Assembly (NCBI GenBank): GCA_963809895.1
Contig: CAWELD010000004.1
Coordinates: 160,001-224,000, forward strand
Length of the DNA stretch: 64,000 bases
Direction: 5' to 3'
Origin: an uncultured Gemmatimonadales bacterium
Lineage (GTDB): Bacteria > Gemmatimonadota > Gemmatimonadetes > Longimicrobiales > Gaopeijiaceae
Within the stretch, counting starts at the first letter, position 1, and every line of letters starts with the position of its first letter. Of this stretch, positions 18,620 to 28,902 are shown piece by piece. The notes beneath the pieces are model-generated. The model did no database searches. It was not told where the DNA came from and worked only from the letters and a program-made list of their open reading frames with translations. The position numbers were made by a program, and so were the translations under genes.

Positions 18620-19543
18620 ATGACTCCGGTCATCGAGGCGCGAGGTCTGACGCATCGCTACGGGCGCACCACGGCGCTCCGCGACGTGGAGTTGGATGTC
18701 GCCGAAGGCTCCCTCTACGCCCTGCTCGGCCCCAACGGGGCCGGCAAGACTACCCTGCTCAAGATCCTCCTGGGTCTGCTGCGGCCCACCCGGGGAGAGG
18801 TCGCGGTGCTCGGCAGGGACATCCGGCACTTCCAGCCGCGGCACCGCGCCGAGGTCGGGTACGTGGCCGAGGGGCAGCGACTGCCGGGATGGATGACGCT
18901 CGAGACCCTTCAGCGCTATCTCGCTCCTCTCTACCCCGCCTGGGATCACGCGCTGGCCTCGCAGCTCCAGCGGCGCTTCCGGCTGCCAGTGGATCGCAAG
19001 CTCCGCACCATGTCGCGCGGCGAGCGCATGAAATCCGCGCTCCTGTGCGCGCTGGCCCCGCGGCCGCGGCTGCTGGTCATGGACGAGCCGTTCACCGGAA
19101 TGGACGCCCTGGTCAAGGACGAGCTGGTACGGGGACTGCTCGAGTCCGTGACCACCGAGGGATCCACGGTGCTGCTGTGCTCGCACGACATCGGCGAGTT
19201 GGAGCTTCTGGCCGACTGGGTGGGCTTCCTGGACGCCGGGCGCCTCATCCTCTCCGAGCCCATGGACGTCCTGCGTGGCCGCTTCAAGCGCGTCGAGGTC
19301 GTCCTCAACGGAGGAAGCTTCGTCGCCATGGAGGAGCTGCCCCCGGATTGGCTTTCGATCCAACGCTCGGGTCCCCGAGCGGCCTTCCTGATTCCCGACC
19401 ACGGCGCGAAAGCCGCCGAGGCAGAGGTGCACCGGCGCTTTCCGGGCGCCCGTCGGGTCGAGATGAAAGCTGCAACGCTCCGGGAGGTCTTCGTGGGCCT
19501 TGCTCGCGAAGGCCTCGGCCGGGACAGCGCGGAGGTGGCGTGA
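18620..19543 (+). CDS. ABC transporter ATP-binding protein (YtrB-like)
   Basis: GPNGAGKT, MSRGE signature, LLVMDEP, SH switch. Confidence 0.92.
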   Translation: MTPVIEARGLTHRYGRTTALRDVELDVAEGSLYALLGPNGAGKTTLLKILLGLLRPTRGEVAVLGRDIRHFQPRHRAEVGYVAEGQRLPGWMTLETLQRYLAPLYPAWDHALASQLQRRFRLPVDRKLRTMSRGERMKSALLCALAPRPRLLVMDEPFTGMDALVKDELVRGLLESVTTEGSTVLLCSHDIGELELLADWVGFLDAGRLILSEPMDVLRGRFKRVEVVLNGGSFVAMEELPPDWLSIQRSGPRAAFLIPDHGAKAAEAEVHRRFPGARRVEMKAATLREVFVGLAREGLGRDSAEVA

Positions 19544-21168
19544 TGACGTGGTTCGCGCAGGTAGGGCACGTGATGAAGAAGGACCTGAGGCAGCACCGGT
19601 GGATGATCGGACTGGTGCTGGTGGCGTTGGGGATGGTCACCGCTCAAGCGGTCGGTCGACCGGTGCTTCCCGATGTGGCGGGCAACGATGCCCTGGGCGT
19701 GCTCACCTCGTTGGCGGGGGGCCTTCCGCTTCTGACGCTGGCCTCCGGGCTCCTGGTGGCGTTCCTGATTCAGTCCGACTCGCCTGCCCGGAGTGACGCC
19801 TTCTGGGTGACACGTCCTGTCTCACCCTCCGCCATGGCAGCAGCCAAGGTGTGCATAGCGATCGGGCTGCTGGTCCTGGTCCCCCTCATTCCCCAACTGT
19901 GGGCACTCCACACGTACGGAGTCTCATGGGCACACATGCCGGCTTTTCTCGGTCAGTCTGCCGTCGCTCAAGCCGGCCTGCTGGCCTTCGCGGCCGGCGT
20001 AGCCGCCATGACCCGTGACCTCCGCTCTTTTCTCGTTGCCTTCTTCCTGAGCTGGACCGGTGCGACAGTGACGTTCCGGCTCCTGCGCGTGGCGGCGGGC
20101 GCCAACGACCGGATCCCCATGCCATCGATATGGATCTGGGGTGCGGTGGCGACACTCCTCGGCCTCGCCCTCGTGGCGTTCCAATATCGCGTCCGCGATA
20201 CCCGATTGACGTTGCGCGCGTTCGTAGTGCCGATCGCGGCAGGGCTCGCGCTGCTCGCCTGGGTCGGGACGGATCTCGGCGGAAGGCACGTCGGGGCACC
20301 GGTCCCGGACGCACTCCGTCCGGACGGAATCGACCTCTCGCTCCGGAAGATCGAGCCAGTCTCTCCCTCACCGCGCCACAAGGCCCAATCCCGACTCTCC
20401 GTGGAGGCGCACATCGTTGGGCCGGTTCCGGGTGTCCGATACGCTCTGCGCGATGGACGCTACACTGTCCACCTCGCCGACGGACGCCGAGTCACGGGCA
20501 CCGTCGCCTTCAACGTGACCAGCTTCCGGCTCGCACCTGCCGATCTGGAGAACGTGGACTGGCTCGACGAGCCGAGCCCGTGGAGAGAACGAGATGGCGA
20601 CCAGACCATCACGGGCGGTGCACTCATGCCCCGGGAAGCGGCCGTGGAGTTGGCCGATGGCTCCGCACGGATCGAGGTCGATACGGGCATGGAGGTGAGT
20701 CGGCCCCGGGTGCTCGGACGCATGGCGCTGCGGGAGGGTGCAGGTGTGCGAGCCGACGGACGCCGTGTCGACATCGGATCCGTGACCAACGCGGGCGGCG
20801 ATCCCTTCGTCAGCCTTTCCATGGAGTCGGTGGATCTCGGCGGGATGACCGTCAGCAACGCGGTGCGACCATCCCTCGACCGAATCGAGCTGGCGGCCCT
20901 CGATCCCTCCGAACGGCAGGGTGTGCACCTCTGGAAGGGGAGCGCGCGCGGAGGTGGTGGGCGGACGCTGGTGCTCCCCGGCCCCGAAACGAGGAGGTTC
21001 GGGGGCACGTTCAGACCGATGGTGCCGCCCGGAGCTCGAAAAGGCTCTCTTCCGACATGGCTCGCCGATGCCCGGCTCGTGGTGTTCGAATGGACGCCTG
21101 TAGGCGGCTACGCGGTCCACGTCGAGGCACGCGGAGGCATCCCGGACGACACGAGCCCGACCCGCTGA
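19543..21168 (+). CDS. ABC-2-like permease with large C-terminal extracytoplasmic domain
   Basis: HVMKKDLRQ, AFWVTRPVS, about 7 TM segments then a soluble domain; TGATG coupling to the ATPase. Confidence 0.7.
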   Translation: MTWFAQVGHVMKKDLRQHRWMIGLVLVALGMVTAQAVGRPVLPDVAGNDALGVLTSLAGGLPLLTLASGLLVAFLIQSDSPARSDAFWVTRPVSPSAMAAAKVCIAIGLLVLVPLIPQLWALHTYGVSWAHMPAFLGQSAVAQAGLLAFAAGVAAMTRDLRSFLVAFFLSWTGATVTFRLLRVAAGANDRIPMPSIWIWGAVATLLGLALVAFQYRVRDTRLTLRAFVVPIAAGLALLAWVGTDLGGRHVGAPVPDALRPDGIDLSLRKIEPVSPSPRHKAQSRLSVEAHIVGPVPGVRYALRDGRYTVHLADGRRVTGTVAFNVTSFRLAPADLENVDWLDEPSPWRERDGDQTITGGALMPREAAVELADGSARIEVDTGMEVSRPRVLGRMALREGAGVRADGRRVDIGSVTNAGGDPFVSLSMESVDLGGMTVSNAVRPSLDRIELAALDPSERQGVHLWKGSARGGGGRTLVLPGPETRRFGGTFRPMVPPGARKGSLPTWLADARLVVFEWTPVGGYAVHVEARGGIPDDTSPTR

Positions 21169-21229
21169 TATCGCGGGCCGGGCTCGCCGGTCGAGACCAC
21201 GTGAACGGACCAGGGCCGCGAGGGCCCCG

Positions 21230-22945
21230 TCAGTTCCCCATCATCCCGGGCTGGGGCGGACGGGGCAGCATCTCGTCGCGCTGGGCGGCCTGCCAGGCGA
21301 AGCTCGCCACCACCATGGCGTTGAACATCATGTCGTCGGGCTGCAGCCGCTCGTAGACGTCCTGGTTGGTGTGGTGCGTGACGTTGCCGTAGTCCAGCGG
21401 ATCCTGGATGAACTGGAAGCCCGGCAGGCCCACCGCGATGTAGGACAGGTGGTCGGTACCGCCGGTATTGCTGATGGTGAGCGTCTTCATGCCCATGTCC
21501 TCGAAGGGCCCCATCCAGGCGTCGAAGATCGGCCGTTCCTCATCGATACCCTGCAGGTACACGCCGCGGATCTTGCCGCTGCCGTTGTCGACGTTGAAGT
21601 AGGCGGCCAGCTTGCCCTGCTCGGCCGTGGGGTGGAATCCGCTGTCGTCGGAATAGCCGAAGTGCTGCCGCACGTACGCGCGCGAGCCGAGCAGCCCCTG
21701 CTCCTCACCGGTCCACAGCGCGATCCGGATGGTACGACGGGGCTTCAGGTCCAGCGCCTTCAACAGACGCATGGCCTCGAGCATGACGCCCGATCCCGCG
21801 CCGTTGTCGGTAGCACCGGTGCCGGCGTGCCAGGAGTCGAAGTGGGCCCCGATCATCACGACCTCGTCCTTCAGATCGGGATCCGTGCCCGGGATCTCAC
21901 CGATGATGTTGAAGGAGCTGGTGGTCTCCGGGTAGAACCGGTTCTCCATGTTGAGCTCGAGCTCGACCGGTACGCCCTTCTCCACCATGCGCGCGATGCG
22001 GCCGTACGACTCGCGGGCCAGATGCACGAAGGGCACCCGGGGGGCGCCGGCCACCCGGGGGGCACCGTTGTCGGTGCCGATGTCGCCGCCCACGTGACGC
22101 GTGTCGTTGAGGAGGATCGCCGACACGCCCTGGTTCTGAAGCCAGCGCAGGGTCGTGGTGTCGTTCACGTTGACCCCGGAGCGCCGGAAGAAGAAGCGCG
22201 GCGGCGGGCCGCCGGCCTCCTGTGCCGCGGCCACCGCGGCGATGGAATCCCTCGTGAACTGCGCCTCACACACCGGCGACAGCTCCGGGGCGTTCGCACC
22301 GAACCTGCCGAACCGCCGGCCGCCGCCCTCGCTGGGCTGCGCGGCGGCCATCTCGGCCAATTCCTCGGCGGTGTAGCGGTGACCGGTGGCTTGGAAGTCC
22401 GTGACCGGCCCATCCGACGGCTCCGCCGCCATGACGAAGGCGCCCTGGAGCGTGCCCGCGTAATCCTGCTCCAGCTCGTCGGAGCAGCCCGCCTCGATGA
22501 GCCTCGCCTCACCGGTCACGGTTCCGTTCGTGCCGGCGGACCAGGCCCGGGGCACGGCCTCGACGATGAAGGGCACCGGCGACACCGCCATGAACGAGAA
22601 ACGCTCGTTCTCCCAGCCGATCCCCGGCGGGTCCGACCACGTCTCGGTGTGCACGTTCTCCAGGCCCCAGGAGCGCATCTCCTCCATGGCCCAGTCCTTC
22701 GCGCGGGTGGCGTTGGGTGACCAGGTGAGGCGGGGACCGTAGACGTCGGACAGCCAGCTCATGATCTCCATGACCTGGGAGTGGTCCGTCTCCTCGGCCT
22801 TGATGCGCTCGATGGTGGACACGTCCACCGGCTCCTGGGCCGAGAGGGGAAGCGCCAGCGCGGCCAGGGCCGCGAAGGCGACGGTGCGGGTCGTGACGCG
22901 ACGGAGTGCGCGCGCGCCGGATAGGCCGTCGATGGGCATTACCAT
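21230..22945 (-). CDS. Secreted M28-family metallopeptidase
   Basis: SDVYGPRLT, IGAHFDSW, GATDNGAG, WTGEEQGLLGS, GGTDH, HHTNQD; GGAG RBS. Confidence 0.9.
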   Translation of the reverse strand: MVMPIDGLSGARALRRVTTRTVAFAALAALALPLSAQEPVDVSTIERIKAEETDHSQVMEIMSWLSDVYGPRLTWSPNATRAKDWAMEEMRSWGLENVHTETWSDPPGIGWENERFSFMAVSPVPFIVEAVPRAWSAGTNGTVTGEARLIEAGCSDELEQDYAGTLQGAFVMAAEPSDGPVTDFQATGHRYTAEELAEMAAAQPSEGGGRRFGRFGANAPELSPVCEAQFTRDSIAAVAAAQEAGGPPPRFFFRRSGVNVNDTTTLRWLQNQGVSAILLNDTRHVGGDIGTDNGAPRVAGAPRVPFVHLARESYGRIARMVEKGVPVELELNMENRFYPETTSSFNIIGEIPGTDPDLKDEVVMIGAHFDSWHAGTGATDNGAGSGVMLEAMRLLKALDLKPRRTIRIALWTGEEQGLLGSRAYVRQHFGYSDDSGFHPTAEQGKLAAYFNVDNGSGKIRGVYLQGIDEERPIFDAWMGPFEDMGMKTLTISNTGGTDHLSYIAVGLPGFQFIQDPLDYGNVTHHTNQDVYERLQPDDMMFNAMVVASFAWQAAQRDEMLPRPPQPGMMGN

Positions 22946-23079
22946 GCTCCGCGAAATGGGATTCCAGACGGGCTCGTCAGCGAGCCAGCGGTTCAACATG
23001 CGGCACGCGGGATCGCTTGTCACGCGCCGAGCTCCACGGCCCCCGCCAGGTCGGACATGTTCGTGTCGCCCGCCCCGGG

Positions 23080-25486
23080 TCACTCCCAACGGAGCGCTGC
23101 CACCGGGTCCAGCCGCATGGCGCGGATGGCGGGCACGACGACGGCCAGCACACCGGTTGCCACCAGAACGGCCGCCACACCCACGAAGGTCGCCGGATCG
23201 CGGGGCTCGACCTGGTAGAGCGCGGACACCAACGCCCGGGACACCAGGAGGGACAGGACGCTGCCGACAAGGATCCCCATGGCCACCTGCCGGAGACCCC
23301 ACGTCAGCACCAACCGGAGAATCCCGCCGGGCTGTGCCCCCAGGGCCCGGCGCACGCCGAGCTCGCGGGTGCGTTGCGCCACCGAGTGGGCCATGACGCC
23401 GTAGAGGCCCACCGCCGCCAGGAACAGCGCCGCGACCCCGAACAGGGCGAAGACCTTGCCCAGGAGGCGCACGATCCAGAAGACCTCCCGTATGCGAGCA
23501 TCCAGCGTGGCGATGCGAATCACCGGGAGCTCGGGATCCATGGCGGCGACCTGCCGGCGAATCGCCGGCGCCAGGGCCAGCGGATCGCCCTCCATCCGGA
23601 CCAGGAGGTGACCCCCTCCGACGAACGCCGGCGGCGCGGACAGATAGAGGCCCTCCGGGATCGCGTCGCTGGATCCGTTCATCCTCACGTCGGGCACCAC
23701 GCCCACCACCGTGCGGTACTCGTTGTCTGCGCCGTCCTGGACCCGCACCCGGCGGCCGACTGGATCCACACCCGGGAACCACCGGCTCGCCATCGCCTGG
23801 TTGATCACCGCCACCGGCGGACCCTCCCGGTCCGACGTCTCCAGGACCCGGCCACGCAGCGCGCTGAGGCCCAGCGTCTCGAAGAACCCCGGGCGCACCC
23901 CCGCGACCCGTACTCGCGGCCGGTCCTGGTCGCGCAGGTACTGCTCTCCCTCCACCTCGATCCAACGGGTGCCCGTCCCGGCACCGGGCAGGGCGTCGGA
24001 CCAGGTGACACCCCGCACGCCAGGTGCCCCCGACGTCCACGCCACCATCCGGTCCCAGAAGGCCCGGCGGTCCTCGGGCTCGGGATAATCCCGCTGGGGA
24101 AGGTTGATGGAGACCGTGACGAATCCCCCGGAATCGAAGCCCTGATCCTCCACGGCCGCCCCCAGGCTACGGAGCATGAGCCCGGCCCCGACGAGGAGGG
24201 GAAAAGCCAGGGAGATGGCCAGCACGACCATTCCCCGGCTCCAACGGCCCATGCGCAGGCTGGAGGCGCCCCGGCTCTCGTCCTGAAGGACCTCGTGGAC
24301 CGACACCCCGGCGGCTCGCCAGGCCGGGACCAGGCCCGCCAGCAGGGTGGCCAGCGCGGACACGCCCAGCGTGAACAGCAAGACCGGTCCATCCACCTCG
24401 ATGTGCAGCCACAACGGAATCCCCACCACCGACAGGGCGCGTGAGAACCACGTCACGTACAGGTGCGCCAGCCCGACTCCCAGCGCGGCACCCACCGCCG
24501 CCAGCACCCCCACCTCCAGGAGGAGCTGAGCCAGGATCCGCCCGCGGCCCGCGCCCAGCGCCGTGGCGATGGCGAGCTCGCGGCTGCGGTCCATGGCCCG
24601 GGCCATGAGCAGGTTGGCGACGTTGGCGCAGGCCATGACCAGGACGAAGAACCCCGCGGTGATCATCGTGCCCAGAAGCGCGCGGTCGTCGTCGCCGACG
24701 TAGATGCGCGAGATGGGCTGCGCCGCCACCGACGCAGGACGGTTGGTCTCCGGGAATTCCCGCGCCAGCTGGGCCACGATGCTGCTCATCTCGGCCTCCG
24801 CCGCGGCGCGGGTGGCCGAGGAAGCCAGCCGGCCCACCACGAACCCCCTCAGGTCGGCCCGGCCCAGGGTCGTGGGGTCCTGCGGATACGGGAACCACAT
24901 GACCTGATCTTCGGGAAACGCGAAGCCCGGCGGCATGACGCCCACGATCGTGTAGGTCTCGCCATCGGCTCGCAGGGTGCGCCCCACCATGGCAGGGTCA
25001 CCCCCGTAACGGGTCCGCCAGAGCGCGTCGCTGATCACGACCACGGCGTGGCCCGGCCCCGTCTCGTCGTCCTGGAACCCGCGCCCGAGGGCCGGTGGCA
25101 CGCGCAGGATCGGAAACAGCGACGGACTGACCCACGCGGCGCTCACCCGCTCGGGCCGGTCCGCGTCGTCCGAGAGGCTCACCGACCGCTGCGAATAGGT
25201 GGCCAGGTCCTCGAACGAGCTCTGCCGCTCCCGCCAGTCCAGAAAGTCCAGGAAGCTCGCCTGTTGCTGGTACGCCCCGGTCTCCCGATCCGTGCGCGTC
25301 AGGAAGAGGATGGACTCCGAATCGGGATAGGGCAGCCCCCGGAAGAGCACGCCGTACGCGATGGAGTACATGCTCGTGGTGAGCCCGATTCCCAACGCCA
25401 GAGCCAGCACGGCGATGACCGAAGGGAGGGGTGCCCGGAGCAATCGCCGCGCGGCGAGGCGGACTTCGCGGAAGCAGCGTAGACAT
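23080..25486 (-). CDS. ADOP-type duplicated MacB/FtsX permease #1, no N-terminal prefix (+1 frameshift near 25471)
   Basis: MSTLL/REVRLAARRLLR, LALGIG, ACANVANLL, GLYGVMAHSVAQRTRELGVRRALGA. Confidence 0.87.
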
Positions 25487-25607
25487 GGCGAATGCTCGCG
25501 CGTGGCCCACCGCCAGGCAAGCGGCGCCTCCGGCGCCAATGACGGGTCCCGCTGCCGGTTTGCGTTGAGGGAGGTGGACAGCCATCCCCCCAACGCGACC
25601 CGGAGCC

Positions 25608-26327
25608 ATGGCAGCGCAGCCCCCTATCCGTACGCCTCGTCTCAGCCTCGTCGTTGCCGCCCTGGCCGCGGCGTTCTCTCTGGTCGTCGTTCGTCCGGCG
25701 CCCCTGGCCGCGCAGCGCGGGCTCACGCTGCGGGGCGGCATCAACCTCAGCCGATTCGTCGGCGGGAACGCCGACACCGACTCGAAGAGGGGCTTGAACC
25801 TGGGCGGCGCCCTCCGTGTCGCCGGCGTCGGGCCGGTGGCGATCTGGATGGAGGGGTACTATCGCCAGAAGGGAGCCCGGGGCCTGGCCTACACCGATCC
25901 CCAGAATCCTCCCGCCAACCTCGAGGTGGGGATCGACTACGTGGAGGTCCCGGTCCTGCTCCGTCTGGATCTCCCGGCGCTGGGCTCCAGGGTCCGACCG
26001 TACCTGCAGGGGGGCCCCGCCTTCGGATGGAAGATCGACTGTTCGGTCTCGATCTCCGCGCAATCCGGGGGCCAGCCCACGCCGGACTGCGACGCGCTCC
26101 TCGGAGGCAACGCCGAGGAGACGCTCCGCGACTACGAGCAGGGGCTGGTGATCGGCGGGGGACTCGATCTGGACGTTCTGGGCGGCTTCGGATCGCTCAA
26201 CCTCGATGCGCGACTCACACGGGGTTTGAGCCGCCTGAGCGACGGCTCGGACGGCGTGAAGAACCAGTCGTTCACCCTCATGCTGGGATACGCGCTGGGC
26301 ACGGGCGGCTTGATGCCGGGAGGCTGA
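25608..26327 (+). CDS. Outer-membrane beta-barrel (porin-family-like) protein
   Basis: Signal peptide; YRQKGA, DYVEVPVLLR, RPYLQGGPAFG, DARLTRGLS. Confidence 0.78.
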   Translation: MAAQPPIRTPRLSLVVAALAAAFSLVVVRPAPLAAQRGLTLRGGINLSRFVGGNADTDSKRGLNLGGALRVAGVGPVAIWMEGYYRQKGARGLAYTDPQNPPANLEVGIDYVEVPVLLRLDLPALGSRVRPYLQGGPAFGWKIDCSVSISAQSGGQPTPDCDALLGGNAEETLRDYEQGLVIGGGLDLDVLGGFGSLNLDARLTRGLSRLSDGSDGVKNQSFTLMLGYALGTGGLMPGG

Positions 26328-26431
26328 TCCCCAGGCCAGGAGCCGCGCGGGTCCCCCGGCTCCGCGCAACTTTCTGACGCGAGGCGCTGTCGCACTGGGA
26401 TGCACGAGTCCCTCCTCTCGCCCGGTGACCC

Positions 26432-28858
26432 ATGTCCTCCTTCGTTCGAGCCTCTCGACAGACGCTCCGCCGCCTCGCCCGCAGCCCCGGATCGAGCGCG
26501 GCCGCGGTTGTCACCGTCGCCCTCGGGGTGTGCGCCCTGTCCCTCGCCTGGGGCGCCGCCTACCCGGTCCTGATCCGCCCACTGGACTTTCGCGAGCCCG
26601 ACGCGCTGGTCGACGTGCGCGAGACGTTCCGGGGCGAGGACCGGCAGGTGGCCCCCGCCAACTATCTCGACTGGCGCGCACGCGCCGGGAGCTTCTCCGA
26701 GCTGGCGGCGTACGACGGCGAAACCGTGACGCTGGTCCTGGACGCCGGCGGCGTTCGCATCGGTGCCGCCGAGGTGAGCGGGAACTTCTTCCACACCCTG
26801 GGCGTGGAGGCGTCGCTGGGCCGGACCTTCGATCCGGCGCTGCGCCGCGGTGGCGAGCTCGAGGCCGTTCTGAGCCACGCCCTCTGGCAGGAGAGCTTCG
26901 GAGGGACGCGGGACATCGTGGGGCAGACCGTACGCGTGGACGACCGCAGCGTCCGGGTGATCGGCATCCTGCCCGCCGACTTCCGGTTCGCCCCCGAACC
27001 GGCCCAGCTCTGGCTGCGCTCTCCCGACGAGGCTCCGGAGATTCGCGCTTTCGACGGCGATCTGACGGCCATGCGCGACGCCTGGTACTTCCGTGTCGTG
27101 GGGCGACTCCGGGACGGCACGACGTTGGCCACGGCCCGATCCGAGATGGATGCCCTGGCCAGCGCCCTGCGGGCCGAGCACCCGCGCACCAACGCCGATG
27201 CGGGCATTCGCATCCAGCCATTGGCCGACGTGGTGGCGGCGCAGCGCGGGCCGGCCCTGCGCCTGCTCATGGGCGCCGCCCTTCTGGTGCTGCTGGTGGC
27301 GGCGGTGAACGTGTCCCATCTGCTCCTGGCACGGAGCTGGGCCGGCGCCAGCGAGCGCGGGGTCCGCCGCGCCCTGGGAGCCAGCCGGACGCGCCTGGCC
27401 GCCGCCGCGGCGTCGGAGGGGCTCATGCTCACCCTCGTGGGAGGTGCCCTGGGCGGAGTTGCGGCCCTGGCGCTACCCGGCACGCTGGCTCGACTGCTTC
27501 CGGGCGGCCTGGTGGACGCCTCGGCCAGCCCGGCCTGGCAGGGTGGCATCGGCTTCGCGCTGGCGGCCGCGGCCGTGACCGCCGTGGTGGTGTCGGCCGT
27601 GCCGGCCCTGCTGGCGAGCCGGGCCGACGCCCGCGCGGCCGGTGCGGGCTCGCGGGTGATGGGGGCAACCCACGGAGCCCGCTTCCGCTGGAGTCTGGTG
27701 GCCGTGGAAGCCGCGCTGGCGCTCACGCTCATGACGGGCGCCGGCCTCCTGCTGCGGAGCCTCGTCCAGGTGGGCCGCATCGAGCCGGGCTTCGAGGCCG
27801 CGGGCCTGTGGACCTCTCGAGTGGCCTTTCCCGACGCGCGCTCCCAGCCCTACGAGGTCCGGGTCGCCACCGCACGCCAGGTCATGGCCTCGGTGGCCGC
27901 GCTCCCGGGCGTGGCATCCGTGGGGATCGGCGTCACCAACCCCTTCGCCCAGGGCCCCCGCGCAGGACTCGACGTGGAAGGTCGTCCCGCCGAGCCCTCC
28001 GACTGGCCCGACGTTGCCTGGCAGCCCGTGACTCCAGGCTACCTGAAGACGCTGGGCGTCGAGCTGAGGCGAGGACGGATGTTCGATACCGGCGACCGGC
28101 CCGGCAGCCCCGACGTGGCGGTGGTGAACGAGGCGCTGGCGCGCTCGGTCTTTCCCGGCGAGGACGCGCTGGGCCGCCGCATGACCATCGGATTGGACGG
28201 CCACGACCGGCCGCTGACCATCGTGGGCGTGGTGTCGGACATGCGGAACCGGGGCATGGTGGAGAATCCGGCGCCCATGATGTTCCGGCCTCTGGCGCAG
28301 ACCGTGCGCTGGGGCGCCGACGACCTCTTTCTGGTGGTGCGCACGGCGGAGGGTACCACGCCCCTGAACGCCGGGGCGCTGCGACGGGCGGTGGCGGCCG
28401 CCGCGCCCTCCGCCGCCCCCTATGCAATGCGCACCGGTCCCGAGCTGGTGGCCCGCGAGTCGGGTGAGCTCCGGGGCCTGCTCGGGCTCCTGGCGGCCTT
28501 CGGGGCCACCGCGCTCGCGTTGGGAGCCGTGGGCATCTACGGGGTGGGGAGCTTCGTCGTCGGTCAGCGGCGAGCCGAGCTGGGCCTCCGGCTCGCCCTG
28601 GGCGCGGCACCGGGCCAGGTCACGACCCTGGTCCTTCGCCAGGGGCTGGCCGCTACCGCCGCCGGTCTGGCGGCGGGATTACCTCTCGTGCTCGTCCTGT
28701 CCAGGGGCCTGCGCCGGTTCCTGGTGGGCGTGGCCCCCGGCGATCCCGTCACCCTGGCGCTGGCGTCGCTGGCGCTGCTGGCGGGCACGCTGCTCGCGCT
28801 GCTGCCCGCCGCCCGCGACGCAGCCCGCACCGACCCCGCCCGCACGCTGCGAGAGTAG
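26432..28858 (+). CDS. ADOP-type permease #2, no prefix
   Basis: RRLARSPG, ANYLDWR, VNEALAR, GIYGVGSFVVGQRRAELGLRLALGA. Confidence 0.88.
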   Translation: MSSFVRASRQTLRRLARSPGSSAAAVVTVALGVCALSLAWGAAYPVLIRPLDFREPDALVDVRETFRGEDRQVAPANYLDWRARAGSFSELAAYDGETVTLVLDAGGVRIGAAEVSGNFFHTLGVEASLGRTFDPALRRGGELEAVLSHALWQESFGGTRDIVGQTVRVDDRSVRVIGILPADFRFAPEPAQLWLRSPDEAPEIRAFDGDLTAMRDAWYFRVVGRLRDGTTLATARSEMDALASALRAEHPRTNADAGIRIQPLADVVAAQRGPALRLLMGAALLVLLVAAVNVSHLLLARSWAGASERGVRRALGASRTRLAAAAASEGLMLTLVGGALGGVAALALPGTLARLLPGGLVDASASPAWQGGIGFALAAAAVTAVVVSAVPALLASRADARAAGAGSRVMGATHGARFRWSLVAVEAALALTLMTGAGLLLRSLVQVGRIEPGFEAAGLWTSRVAFPDARSQPYEVRVATARQVMASVAALPGVASVGIGVTNPFAQGPRAGLDVEGRPAEPSDWPDVAWQPVTPGYLKTLGVELRRGRMFDTGDRPGSPDVAVVNEALARSVFPGEDALGRRMTIGLDGHDRPLTIVGVVSDMRNRGMVENPAPMMFRPLAQTVRWGADDLFLVVRTAEGTTPLNAGALRRAVAAAAPSAAPYAMRTGPELVARESGELRGLLGLLAAFGATALALGAVGIYGVGSFVVGQRRAELGLRLALGAAPGQVTTLVLRQGLAATAAGLAAGLPLVLVLSRGLRRFLVGVAPGDPVTLALASLALLAGTLLALLPAARDAARTDPARTLRE

Positions 28859-28902
28859 GAGCATGTCGCTGAAGAAGGGGAGTACCGCCAGGGGCCTCCG
28901 GG

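Noticed and set aside
21230..24040. 936-aa M28 peptidase with long N-terminal extension
   Set aside because: The extension overlaps ADOP #1 out of frame; RBS and signal peptide support a start at 22945
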